From IMG/VR virus record IMGVR_UViG_3300039208_000165, positions 66,356-95,333 of that record: a stretch of 28,978 bases of DNA. One strand, 5' to 3'. Under the pieces are notes generated by a model. That model saw only the letters and a program-made list of their open reading frames with translations, did no database searches and was not told where the DNA came from. Of the stretch, positions 1 through 9,412 are shown one piece after another. The position numbers and the translations under genes were made by a program. Origin of the DNA: a virus. Each line of letters begins with the position of its first letter. Positions within the stretch are counted from its first letter, which is position 1.

Positions 1-930
1 AGTGCTGGTAATGATTAGCTTTTCTTCCGAAGAGGTCTGGAAAAGTTCTGGCTGAAGCTGGCCCGTCTCCAGAACAAACCAATCCCAAAGAGTATCGAAC
101 TCCTGGGTGAAAAGAGTGTCCTCCATATCAGTGACAATCCAGATACGAATCGCAGTAAAGCTAAAAGAGCCACTTATGTCGGCACCAAGGTCTCGGGTAA
201 AGCGTTGAAATTGGTCTGCTCCGGGATGAGTCAGCTGAATGTTCTGATCCCTACTAGGAAATCCCGGAGGAAAGGTCTGAGGAATTCCACCCATATAATA
301 AGCAATGGTATGCTGGGTAGTATTACCGCTGATGAATTGCAGAGCCACCATTCCGAATCTACCGGCGGGATTTCCCAAAGAAGTAAAAGCACTGTCTGGT
401 GCTACAGAGAAAGAAAAGTTTCCGAGTAGCGCTGTGTTGGAATCCTCAAATACATCTTGGACGATTGCAAGAGAACCCGTTTCCCCAGCCTTAATCATGT
501 GGAGCATTCTCTGCCCTTGTGGGACGTCTAGGGCAGCCGCGTTCCCGTTATCAAAACCCCTACCCTGCGGGAACTGAGAAACAACTGCCGCCCCGTGCTG
601 GGAGGTACCTGCCTGGTACCAACGGGAAATACCACCCTCGAAGCTGGGATTCTGGATTACATTGCTGTATACCAAACCCTCGTCGTCCGCGCTCCCATCC
701 AGCTTGGCAACAATGATGTTTCCAGAATTACCTGCGCCTTGGAAGCCACGAATCTTTTCGGTCTGGTCAAAACCCTGGAACTGGTCAACCGTAGTACCCT
801 TAGTAAAACCACCAATCTGCACCATTCGGGTGCTTTCGCCCGCGACACCACCAGCCTGGACTTGAGATTTAGATACCTCGATTCCTGATGCGGCAATAAG
901 GTTTGTACTGGCAGTTATGATCGTGGGCAA
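1..930 (-). CDS. Partial (3' end beyond window) virion/tail-associated protein with a CBM4/9-like carbohydrate-binding module
   Basis: Not in the ORF track. Manual translation from TTG at 930 (in-frame TGA at 934-936; AGGTG SD-like motif upstream) is open to base 1: MPTIITASTNLIAASGIEVSK...NVIQNPSFEGGISRW...EKLIITST. NxIxNPSFExGxxxW is the typical start of CBM4/9 galactose-binding-like jelly-roll domains. Confidence 0.8.
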   Translation of the reverse strand, partial: MPTIITASTNLIAASGIEVSKSQVQAGGVAGESTRMVQIGGFTKGTTVDQFQGFDQTEKIRGFQGAGNSGNIIVAKLDGSADDEGLVYSNVIQNPSFEGGISRWYQAGTSQHGAAVVSQFPQGRGFDNGNAAALDVPQGQRMLHMIKAGETGSLAIVQDVFEDSNTALLGNFSFSVAPDSAFTSLGNPAGRFGMVALQFISGNTTQHTIAYYMGGIPQTFPPGFPSRDQNIQLTHPGADQFQRFTRDLGADISGSFSFTAIRIWIVTDMEDTLFTQEFDTLWDWFVLETGQLQPELFQTSSEEKLIITST

Positions 931-954
931 TGGTCACACCTATACACCTGCGTC

Positions 955-3348
955 TTAGTTCTCTGTGACGGTTGCTGTAACTGTGCTGACTCCTACCGTA
1001 GCACCCACCGTGAACTGCGTAGTAGCTCTACCACCAGAGATCGTGGTGTCCGTGGAAGGAGTAACGGCACCGTCACCTGCGGTAACCTGGAACGTAACGT
1101 CCTTACCATCGAGCGGCTCACCCCATGCATTAATTACATCTGCGTGAACCAAAGTACTCTGTGCAGTACCTGCGGGCATGGTAGTGTCTTGCGCGTTAAC
1201 CGCCATGAATGCAGAGATTCTGTCATCCAAGTTAAATGCTCTTAGATTTGTTCCTGTGTCAATATAGTACAGGGTATCAAAATCGTTCTGGTCGTAGAAA
1301 ACTGTGTAAGGGTTTGCCGCATAATCTGAAATGTTCAGAAGGACTTCCTTATCATCAGTTGTGTTTAGAAGGGTGTCCTTGTCAATAGTCTTCAGGTGAA
1401 GAATATCCAACCCAGTCTCGTACTCAAGATAGGTTAGGAAAGGAAGACCCCCAATGCTAGACTCATGAGTCCAGTTAAAGCTACTAGTACCGTCTGTTGG
1501 AATCTGATCCACCGTGGGGGAGATCACCGAACTAGAACCATCCTCAGAAGTGAGAGCGATATTGTTGTTGTACTTGTACAAGGTGTTGTTTACCTTGATG
1601 TAAACAAAACCACCACCAGATCCCGAAGAAGTAGTAGCGATCTGGACCCTACCGTCTAGGAAATCATTATAGGTCAAACTAGGATCACCAATAACGTCGA
1701 AGGATTCTATCAGAGGAGAACCAACAACGTCTCCTTGATTGTCCGTCTTCTCTACGGTAAATACAGCAATCTGTGGGAAGATACCAGTACCTACAACCTG
1801 GAAGTTATCCGCCTCCACGTTGATGGAACCATCGGTGTGGCCAAACAACTCAATGTTACAAGCATCGGTGATAACGGAGGCACCTGGACCTACCGTATCT
1901 CCAGTTAAACCACTCCAAGTAGCTCCTGTTCTCTGGAAACCAATGATACCGGTCTCTTCCGGATTCTTGTGACCGCTGACAGTAACAACATCGAAGGTGA
2001 ACTGCTCACCTGGGGTCGGGGCCGCAGTGCAGGAAATCAAGAACTCAATTGGGGTGTCCGAATCTACTGTCTCGTTGTAGAGAACACCGGTCTGTGCGTT
2101 AGTCAAAGCTCCGGTAAGCGTTCCAGTGACTGTCCAATTCGCACCATCGAAGGCAACGGTGAAGGAATCAGTACCGTCCTTAGCGTTGTGCCAAAGAGGA
2201 CGGCCCTCACGGAAGTCGCAGGCTGCAGTTCCGTCCACTAGGTCAGAGACGTAAGAAGAGAACCACACACCCGTAGTAGTAACGGAGGTGTCGGTTCCCA
2301 CACCCTCGCTCATAACCACATTGTTATTGGCGTCCAGAGCACGGATGGTAAACCACTTCTTATTTGTGGAAAGAGAGATGGGATCTACTTCAATCTCGGC
2401 TCTAAAGTCAGAGGCCATTGTATAGGTAGTTTCTAGCTGACCGTTACCCAGAGCCACGTTATGGGTCAGAATCTCACTCGCCTGGTTCCGAAGGAACTGA
2501 GGATTTGCGGTACTCTCGACCCAACGAGCCGGGTTAAAGTTGTTAGTGGCAGCAGCGGATCCCGCCTCAGCGTCCGAAAAGTCATCTCCAAGATTGATGC
2601 TGGTGGTACCCACGTTGTCTGTGTTAAATCTGATAGTATAGAATCTTGTATTCGGGTCGTCATAACAAGCGTCCAGAATATTGGACTTCTCAAAAGTAAA
2701 GGAGCTAGCAAAAGAGCCATCCGTATCAAAGTAGGAGAGGGCTGGAATATGAGGGGTGTTGCTAGTTGTGTTGTTTACCGGCTCTACCTCAGTAACAAAG
2801 GCAAAGGATGCCGCTGTGCTGTGGGCCACTCGCCACCAGGGGAGTCCGTCCCCAGTGGTATCCACCGGAGGAGCCCCAAACTTTACGGTATAGGTAAACT
2901 GACCCCCTTCAATTGCGAAGTCAATAGAGCTAATCGTAGCTTCAAAGTTAGAGTCTGTGTACTCACTGTCTAGGTTATTAAGACTTGTAGAAACAGTCCA
3001 GTTAGCAGTGTTGGTATCAATAGTGGTCGTAGAGTAGATCTTAATCTGGGTGGTAGATACTTGGCGGCCAAAACCAATGATCATGAGGTCGGCAGGAGAA
3101 ACGGGACCGATCGGAGTAGTAGCTCCGTCAATCCAACCAGGAACGGCTACCTGGGTGTCAGGACTACCTGAAGCGGCACCCGCAGCTGAAGTAGGCTGGG
3201 GCCTCTGCAGGGCTAGTCTTACAAATTGGGTGCCATTGTGGACACTTCGGTCAACTTCCTCAACGCCTGTAACTACAGAGTCGTTGTAGTAGTTTTCCAT
3301 ATTCTTGGTAGTATCGGTAGATCCTAGTCTACCTTGCTGTACATTCAC
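955..3348 (-). CDS. 797-aa virion structural/adhesin-like protein with C-terminal Big-1 (invasin/intimin-type) Ig-like domain
   Basis: GTG start with TAAGGAGG RBS. Thr/Ser/Asp/Gly-rich beta-type composition. C-terminus 'STLVHADVINAWGEPLDGKDVTFQVTAGDGAVTPSTDTTISGGRATTQFTVGATVGVSTVTATV' matches the Big-1 pattern (DxxGNPxxGxxVTF...TdxxGxAT). Confidence 0.75.
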   Translation of the reverse strand: MNVQQGRLGSTDTTKNMENYYNDSVVTGVEEVDRSVHNGTQFVRLALQRPQPTSAAGAASGSPDTQVAVPGWIDGATTPIGPVSPADLMIIGFGRQVSTTQIKIYSTTTIDTNTANWTVSTSLNNLDSEYTDSNFEATISSIDFAIEGGQFTYTVKFGAPPVDTTGDGLPWWRVAHSTAASFAFVTEVEPVNNTTSNTPHIPALSYFDTDGSFASSFTFEKSNILDACYDDPNTRFYTIRFNTDNVGTTSINLGDDFSDAEAGSAAATNNFNPARWVESTANPQFLRNQASEILTHNVALGNGQLETTYTMASDFRAEIEVDPISLSTNKKWFTIRALDANNNVVMSEGVGTDTSVTTTGVWFSSYVSDLVDGTAACDFREGRPLWHNAKDGTDSFTVAFDGANWTVTGTLTGALTNAQTGVLYNETVDSDTPIEFLISCTAAPTPGEQFTFDVVTVSGHKNPEETGIIGFQRTGATWSGLTGDTVGPGASVITDACNIELFGHTDGSINVEADNFQVVGTGIFPQIAVFTVEKTDNQGDVVGSPLIESFDVIGDPSLTYNDFLDGRVQIATTSSGSGGGFVYIKVNNTLYKYNNNIALTSEDGSSSVISPTVDQIPTDGTSSFNWTHESSIGGLPFLTYLEYETGLDILHLKTIDKDTLLNTTDDKEVLLNISDYAANPYTVFYDQNDFDTLYYIDTGTNLRAFNLDDRISAFMAVNAQDTTMPAGTAQSTLVHADVINAWGEPLDGKDVTFQVTAGDGAVTPSTDTTISGGRATTQFTVGATVGVSTVTATVTEN

Positions 3349-3361
3349 AGGAAATTCCTCC

Positions 3362-4732
3362 TTACTCCGTTCTCAAGATTCTTGGCCGCACGAATACTTT
3401 GCGGAGCGTATTATCTACTCTAACCTCTAGGGTGGAGATATCTATGCCGTGCTCCACCCCGTAGACCTCAAAAGAGAGGCCAGTTCTATTGTCAATAAAG
3501 CTCTCGCACGGCTCGGGTTGTAGATTTGTAAATACTGGGGGAGCACTCTCCTCCACATCAAAAGCACAAACAAAGAGTGCTCTGTTTTTGTTTACCGAAA
3601 GATCTTGTGCCTCCATGGAAATGGTCACATTGGAACCATATCTCCAAGGATCGTTGGGGTGCTCATATGTTACATGGTACCCGGTAACTTCTGTCCCGAC
3701 AGGGATACCTGAAATCGTAGTGAAATCCTGGTCCACTACGGGATCCAGGGTCAGTCCCGAACAAACGGTCACCCCTTCAATGGAGAGACGAATGGAGTCC
3801 GGATCTACACCTTCACCGAAATCCAGAACGTCGAACTCTACATTGGCCAAAACATCCACACCGGTGGAGTTACAAGCAGGGGTAATGCTGCGGAAAAACG
3901 GAGGACGTACGTCAGGGACGGTAGACCAAATACACCGAAGAAAGAAGGTGTTAGCTGGAACAGCTGTATCCGAAATGGTAATGGAGCATACCACTTCCTC
4001 TTCGAAATCAAAGTCCTCTGGGGGATCGTAAAAAAGCTGCAGACCTGTAGGTAGATTGGTTACTGTGAACTCAGGACGGTCCTGGACTTGTATTCCCTTA
4101 ACTGTAAATATAAGCGAAGACGTATCAAAAGGAAACCCGAAATCCTTGATTCTCCAAAGAATATTCGTAGTTGTTGCATTTTTCACACTGTTGCATGGTG
4201 GGAAAATGACGTCCACAAAATCGAACTGGGTTACCTGAATAGAGTTCTGAATCCTAGGAACCAGCTCCACCGGCCTGCTTACGCTGGAACCCGCACTGGC
4301 AATAATAAACTGCTCTACCGGCCTAGTGGTCAGTAAGGTATCTCCTGCCAAAGTCTCCTGCTTAAAGTCAATAAGCTGGATAGGAGTTTCCGCTGCAGGA
4401 TCTATGGCACCATCGGGGTGATTTCCGGTTACCAGCCGAATCTGCTCCATGACGTGAGATTTGGCGGGGTCTGGAAAATCGGGCGCGAATTTGATTTCTC
4501 CGATCTGCTCGATCGGACGGCTGATGTTTCCACCCGGAGGGCTACCCGAATGCCCGGCAGGCTTAGTAACGAGCTGCAATCTCTGCTGCAACGGCTTACT
4601 AGTACCAGTATTTGTAGATGCTCCTGGAGGAATCTGCTGAATGGGCCGGCTTGGATCAGGCGAGATACCGGCCGGGTTGGTAATCTGATTGCCCTTCTGC
4701 TCTGTCAAAGCTTCGATTACTTGGGATCCCAT
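3362..4732 (-). CDS. 456-aa structural protein with N-terminal short repeats and ~2.5 SbsA/Big-5-like Ig modules
   Basis: Three internally similar units: 'IFPPCNSVKNATTTNILWRIKDFGFPFDTSSLIFTVKG', 'ITPACNSTGVDVLANVEFDVLDFGEGVDPDSIRLSIEG' and 'LQPEPCESFIDNRTGLSFEVYGVEHGIDISTLEVRVDN'. The start overlaps the upstream stop (TAATG at 4730-4734). Confidence 0.7.
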   Translation of the reverse strand: MGSQVIEALTEQKGNQITNPAGISPDPSRPIQQIPPGASTNTGTSKPLQQRLQLVTKPAGHSGSPPGGNISRPIEQIGEIKFAPDFPDPAKSHVMEQIRLVTGNHPDGAIDPAAETPIQLIDFKQETLAGDTLLTTRPVEQFIIASAGSSVSRPVELVPRIQNSIQVTQFDFVDVIFPPCNSVKNATTTNILWRIKDFGFPFDTSSLIFTVKGIQVQDRPEFTVTNLPTGLQLFYDPPEDFDFEEEVVCSITISDTAVPANTFFLRCIWSTVPDVRPPFFRSITPACNSTGVDVLANVEFDVLDFGEGVDPDSIRLSIEGVTVCSGLTLDPVVDQDFTTISGIPVGTEVTGYHVTYEHPNDPWRYGSNVTISMEAQDLSVNKNRALFVCAFDVEESAPPVFTNLQPEPCESFIDNRTGLSFEVYGVEHGIDISTLEVRVDNTLRKVFVRPRILRTE

Positions 4733-6060
4733 TACAGCACCTGTGCCTTAATGTCAATTAAGATGTCCTCCGCCGTTGAGCTAGGGGTGTACTCAGAAGT
4801 AGCAACACCAGAAACATTGGTAACATCCACTGCAGGGTCCATGGTGCCTGGAATTCCAGGATTGCCGAATACGTTAGTCGTCGCAGTAAACTGCACACTT
4901 TTACCCAACACAGGGAAGTCGTACTGATCTCGGGTCTCTGCAAATACCCTAAACTTCAAGCTCCTAGGAGAGGAAGAAGTCTGAGCAAACCGGGTAGGCT
5001 CAAAGCGGACAGCCGTGGAATTGACAAAGGGTAGAGTGGGCTGGGTCTGGAAATTATAGTCCGGGGCAAAGTTGATAGTGGTATAGGTTCCTGTGGGGAT
5101 ATCCTCGTTTGTTTCTTTCTGCTGTAACTTGTAGTATAGATTTTGATCTAGGTCAGAGATCAAATCGTACACTGTTATTAGGGTATGCCTGTCAGCTTCA
5201 ATGAGATTGGCTTCCAGGGAAGACTCCAGGTCGAAGGTAGTGGTGTTTAGATTGAGCTTCATGATCATCGGGCCTCTAACAAAAGAGATCGAGGTCTGAT
5301 CAAAGTCGCAAGCTCCTACCCCAGCGTACTTAGCTCCCGTGTCCACGGTTTCTAGGTTACGGCTAGGATAACCAAACTTATTTAGAGTTCCCTTTCCATC
5401 AGCTTCTCCCGAGTAAGAGTGGTCATTAAAGACCCAAACACCCTTAGAAAAAGAAACAGGATCTGATGGGGTAAAGTCGTTCTCTAATCCGCCCTGCTTA
5501 AAGAACCCCACGTCCCCAGTTAGCTGGTTCAGAGAGGTTACAGTAATCTCCTCCTCGTTCCCGAGATAGTTAGCATCCGCGCTGGGGCCTAAATAGAGAG
5601 TATCTCCTAGATCGATATCGGTGAGGTCGTTCAACTTAATAGAGAAAGAGCCCTGAACTCCTGCCCCACTGAATTCTCTGTGATAGTGCTCGATGCAGAA
5701 TGCCCTGGATTCGTAGATAATGTTGGGCAAATTTAGCAGAGTGATCTCATCTTGCCAACGAAACTCCGAAGGAGAGACGCTGGGAAAAGCCGCAGTTTTG
5801 AAAGGATGAAGTCTAAACTTCTTGATCACCATTCCCAAGTCGGAAGGTAGCTTCTCCATGGTCCAGAAGAAAGTACCATCATAGTGAAGCTCTAGAATAG
5901 GATTCCTAAACTGAGAAAGAGTCATGGGGAAAGTATTTACTACAGTACCGTCAGCCTCTATCTGAAGAAGAGAGTTGATGCTCTTGTTTACTGTATAGAA
6001 GAATCCCGACTCAGGACCGAATGAGAAGTTACCGTCGTTGATTTCGATGTTTACGGGCAT
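4732..6060 (-). CDS. 442-aa virion protein, propeller-like N-terminus plus C-terminal Big-1-like domain; paralog of 6075..7394
   Basis: Long ORF. Motifs shared with the neighbour (DGTFFWTME, LYLGPS, FSKGVWVFN, KLQQK, DQYDFPV). C-terminal 'DQYDFPVLGKSVQF...TNVSGVATSEYT' is Big-1-like. Confidence 0.75.
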   Translation of the reverse strand: MPVNIEINDGNFSFGPESGFFYTVNKSINSLLQIEADGTVVNTFPMTLSQFRNPILELHYDGTFFWTMEKLPSDLGMVIKKFRLHPFKTAAFPSVSPSEFRWQDEITLLNLPNIIYESRAFCIEHYHREFSGAGVQGSFSIKLNDLTDIDLGDTLYLGPSADANYLGNEEEITVTSLNQLTGDVGFFKQGGLENDFTPSDPVSFSKGVWVFNDHSYSGEADGKGTLNKFGYPSRNLETVDTGAKYAGVGACDFDQTSISFVRGPMIMKLNLNTTTFDLESSLEANLIEADRHTLITVYDLISDLDQNLYYKLQQKETNEDIPTGTYTTINFAPDYNFQTQPTLPFVNSTAVRFEPTRFAQTSSSPRSLKFRVFAETRDQYDFPVLGKSVQFTATTNVFGNPGIPGTMDPAVDVTNVSGVATSEYTPSSTAEDILIDIKAQVL

Positions 6061-6074
6061 ACCAATCTAACCCC

Positions 6075-7394
6075 TTAGATAGTAACCTCGGCCGAGATCG
6101 TAACCAGACCTGCGGCATTACCCGTAATGTAGGTAGTAGTAGCTTGTCCGTTACTGTCCAGCGCGGTCGGCCCGAAGTCTGTCAGCGTAGATCCTGTACC
6201 ACCACCGCTGGTCTGGAATGTAATAGTAGCGGCCGGGGACTGTACGTAAGGTAGAGCGTACTGATCAGTCACAGTAGCTGTGATTAGAGAGTTAGAGTTA
6301 CCGCTATCTGCTGGAAGAATGGCAGGGTCCGCAGTCAAGGCAATGGCTGTCGGGAAAGGCCTGAAAGTAGCCAGCTGATAGTTGTAGGTAGACTCTGATG
6401 ATTCCGTACCATTAATGTTGAACTTCTGCTGGAGACGGAACAGGGTGTCCCCCTCCAAACCCAGATCGAAGATGTCATAAACCTCTGTAGTATCAGGGCT
6501 CAAATTGTTCTGAATGGCCGACAGCTCAGTAGTGAGCTGGGAGTCCAGAACATCAATGAACAGCAGGTTGTTGGTACGAATAAAGATGAGGTAACTGGGC
6601 TTATTGAACTGAACAAGGGATGCGCCCGTGAAGACACCATTAGGAGGGTTGGCCGCAATCAAATCCACAAAGCTAGCCGCTCCGATATCCTTAAAAGCAC
6701 CACCCTTAGTCCGTCCCAAAATGTTACCATCTAGAACGTTAACCTTATACAGAGAGCCCACCCCTGATTCCTGCAAATGATTCTGGTTGAAGATCCAAAT
6801 ATTCTTACTGAATACAGCGGTATCTGTCGTATTGAACTTCTTAGTCTTAGGGCTGGTAAGTGTAACAACCTTGGTAAAAGGATTGGCAGAAGATACAGTC
6901 ACTCTCAAAAACTCACCCGTGTTATCAGGGTGAGTACTCGGACCTAGGTAAATATTAGTTCCGGCAGTTAACTGAGCAAATACTTCGTCCGAGAGTTGAA
7001 AGAGGGCCAACTGATCGTTCAGTACTGTACCAAAGTTAGTAATCTCTGTACCATACTTCTCCACCGCCATTGCGTCTGAATCAAAAGTGTCGTTAGAGTC
7101 TGAAGCAAAAGAGAAGGTCTGCTGCAGAACCATGACAAAGTTTTCGATAACCCAGCGCTTGATATAGAAACCGTCCGAAGAACTAGCAGAGATATGCTCC
7201 ATGGTCCACCAGCTTTCCCCGTCGAAGGTCATATCAATAACCTCACGTGGGACAGGAGTATCCAGAGGATACGCAAAAGCCAAAGTACCATCATCCGTCT
7301 TCTTGATCATGGTATCTGTGGCGTGATCGAAGCTGTAGAAATACCCGTCTACGCGGGTCATATTGCCATACAACAGGCGAATATTTTGAATCAT
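6075..7394 (-). CDS. 439-aa virion protein, propeller-like N-terminus plus C-terminal Big-1 domain; paralog of 4732..6060
   Basis: ATG with AGGAG RBS. C-terminus 'IALTADPAILPADSGNSNSLITATVTDQYALP...LDSNGQATTTYITGNAAGLVTISAEV' is a canonical Big-1 pattern. Confidence 0.78.
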   Translation of the reverse strand: MIQNIRLLYGNMTRVDGYFYSFDHATDTMIKKTDDGTLAFAYPLDTPVPREVIDMTFDGESWWTMEHISASSSDGFYIKRWVIENFVMVLQQTFSFASDSNDTFDSDAMAVEKYGTEITNFGTVLNDQLALFQLSDEVFAQLTAGTNIYLGPSTHPDNTGEFLRVTVSSANPFTKVVTLTSPKTKKFNTTDTAVFSKNIWIFNQNHLQESGVGSLYKVNVLDGNILGRTKGGAFKDIGAASFVDLIAANPPNGVFTGASLVQFNKPSYLIFIRTNNLLFIDVLDSQLTTELSAIQNNLSPDTTEVYDIFDLGLEGDTLFRLQQKFNINGTESSESTYNYQLATFRPFPTAIALTADPAILPADSGNSNSLITATVTDQYALPYVQSPAATITFQTSGGGTGSTLTDFGPTALDSNGQATTTYITGNAAGLVTISAEVTI

Positions 7395-7407
7395 AGGGCT
7401 CTCCTAG

Positions 7408-8001
7408 TTAAATGTCTCTTTTCGGTCGGTGGATGATTTCTAGATCAAAGATGTTGCCTCTGAATTCCACAGTTTCTCCAGGCTCAGCTACTCCGCTGGT
7501 TACTATAGGTAATCCGTCCAGCTTGATATTCAGAGTAGATAAATCCAAACCTGCTGCGGGAAGAGGTTCCTGAATGCGATAGATGATATTGCTCAAAATA
7601 CTTACATCTGTAGCATTCTGCTCGGGTTCAATGTGAATAAGTTTCGGGGGCTGGACGTCATCGAAAAGAGCGGGCCATTGGACCCTCTCACCGATTCTAC
7701 CCATAGCAGCCTCGATCTCCTCATGGAGAGTATCCTGAGAGACCACATTAATGATCTCCGGGGGAATAGGCTGCCCCGTATCCTTATCTAATTCATCGCG
7801 CGGGGGTGCTACGATTAACAGCCAAATCCCGTCACCTTCGAGATCCGCAAGGTTAGGAAATTCTGTACCTGTTCCTAGCGGATCCTGGTCAGGGCGGGCG
7901 GGGTTCTCATAAGGCTTAACGCCGTCCAATGATAGAGAGATCGTAATAGGAACGATCTTATCATCGGGAGCAAGGCTGTTACGTAGATAAAATACGACCA
8001 T
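7408..8001 (-). CDS. 197-aa structural protein with C-terminal SbsA/Big-5-like Ig module
   Basis: 'DVQPPKLIHIEPEQNATDVSILSNIIYRIQEP...GLDLSTLNIKLDG' resembles the repeated units of the 3362..4732 protein. Confidence 0.7.
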   Translation of the reverse strand: MVVFYLRNSLAPDDKIVPITISLSLDGVKPYENPARPDQDPLGTGTEFPNLADLEGDGIWLLIVAPPRDELDKDTGQPIPPEIINVVSQDTLHEEIEAAMGRIGERVQWPALFDDVQPPKLIHIEPEQNATDVSILSNIIYRIQEPLPAAGLDLSTLNIKLDGLPIVTSGVAEPGETVEFRGNIFDLEIIHRPKRDI

Positions 8002-8004
8002 GGA

Positions 8005-8961
8005 TTACGACGAGAAGTCTACCTGATTAACCATGCTGTCAATCTGGAATCGATACAGCTGATCGACAGTGCTAATAGCGGATACGGGATCCGGACCATC
8101 GATCGGATGATACTTACGAATCTGAGCACCCGTGCTGTAAGCATTGGCAAGTCCCAGAGAAGCACCCGAAACCACAACGAAGCGGATCTCGGACGCGGAA
8201 AGACCATCACCGACACCTGCTCCAGAAATCAGAACAAGCTGCTGGTTGTTAGTGTCTCGAATCTCAAGAGTCTCACCTGCGTTAAATCCTGCAGTACTGA
8301 CTACCTCAAGAAGATCTCCCGAAGAATAATCGGAAGCCAGTGCGGTCTCAGCCAGCTGGCGAGAAGCAAGCTGCTCACTGGAAACAGTAAGATGAAGACC
8401 GAGAGTCTCTCGAACATCGGTGCCCAAGCTGGGTGCTGCGATAGCAACAGAGCTTCGTCCGGGACCAGTGAATCGATCGGTAACAGTACCGGACTCAATC
8501 TGGAATACACCGTTAACAAAGCGGACCTGAGCGTTCAGGTAGGAGAGGTTACCCTCCTTAGCACCACCCTGTCCGATCTCAGCCTGATTGCGGATCTGAT
8601 TCTCAATGTCCTGAGCGACGTCAGTGGGGAGCAGGTTAGTACCTGCGGATACTTCAATATCTACAGCATTACCGATAGCCTCGTCGATAGCCAGTGCGAA
8701 CCGATTGGTTGCGCCGATGTCGATAAGTGCGGTTGCTGGCGGGACACCACGGAGATATCCTCGCTTCATTTCATTCTTAAAGATGTCCTGGATAGCCCCT
8801 CCACCAGACGCGGTTGCAGTCGTGGTAGAAGAGGTGACCCAGATCTCGTCACCTTCCGGATTGCCACCACTGGGGATGATCTGTGCGATATCCAATGTGA
8901 TGGTCTTTGGGGTTCCACCCGGAAAGTTGACAATATCACGTACAGTTACGTTGATTGCCAT
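8005..8961 (-). CDS. 318-aa hypothetical virion structural protein
   Basis: ATG with AGGAGG RBS. Gly/Ala/Ser/Thr-rich. Contains 'TALASDYSSGDLLEVVSTAGFNAGETLEIRD', a beta-module pattern common in phage tail/baseplate proteins. Confidence 0.7.
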   Translation of the reverse strand: MAINVTVRDIVNFPGGTPKTITLDIAQIIPSGGNPEGDEIWVTSSTTTATASGGGAIQDIFKNEMKRGYLRGVPPATALIDIGATNRFALAIDEAIGNAVDIEVSAGTNLLPTDVAQDIENQIRNQAEIGQGGAKEGNLSYLNAQVRFVNGVFQIESGTVTDRFTGPGRSSVAIAAPSLGTDVRETLGLHLTVSSEQLASRQLAETALASDYSSGDLLEVVSTAGFNAGETLEIRDTNNQQLVLISGAGVGDGLSASEIRFVVVSGASLGLANAYSTGAQIRKYHPIDGPDPVSAISTVDQLYRFQIDSMVNQVDFSS

Positions 8962-8983
8962 GATTTTCCTCCTATGGGGTTAG

Positions 8984-9412
8984 TTATATTTGGTAATACC
9001 TAGTGCCGGAAACTATTTTCCTGCCTTGCTGATAATCCTCGACCGACCCACTAAGCGTAGGTAGGTCGGGAGCACAGGCAGTAGTACCTGATGCAGGGAC
9101 GAATCGTCGTCCGTGCTGTGTAACTAATGTAATTGCGGCTCCCGTGTAATACGGACAATCATTGTCTGCACACACCCAACCTAGATAACCACCACCTAGG
9201 GAATATGTATGCATTCGTCCGTTGGTCTCCTGATGGTAGACCTTCTCTAACTCGGGAACCTCTGCGTTCTGATTGTAGTCCGTGATCTGGGTGGAATAAG
9301 GGCAGTACCTCCAGGTCTTAGATCCACGAACCTTACTACCTGAGATAGCAGAAGTGTAAGACGGAGGAGTACCATATGGATTGAAGATATCACCTTGTGG
9401 GGTAATTGCCAT
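8984..9412 (-). CDS. 142-aa hypothetical protein with Cys/His motifs (YCPY...CADNDCPY)
   Basis: Co-oriented ORF. Start overlaps the upstream stop (TAATG) and has a GAGAGG RBS-like motif. Confidence 0.7.
   Translation of the reverse strand: MAITPQGDIFNPYGTPPSYTSAISGSKVRGSKTWRYCPYSTQITDYNQNAEVPELEKVYHQETNGRMHTYSLGGGYLGWVCADNDCPYYTGAAITLVTQHGRRFVPASGTTACAPDLPTLSGSVEDYQQGRKIVSGTRYYQI

Noticed and set aside
657-896. Short alternative-frame minus-strand ORFs (this one, 2466..2729, 9979..10401 and those nested in the giant gene)
   Set aside because: They are nested out of frame in better-supported genes, with Arg/Leu/Ser-rich non-protein-like composition.
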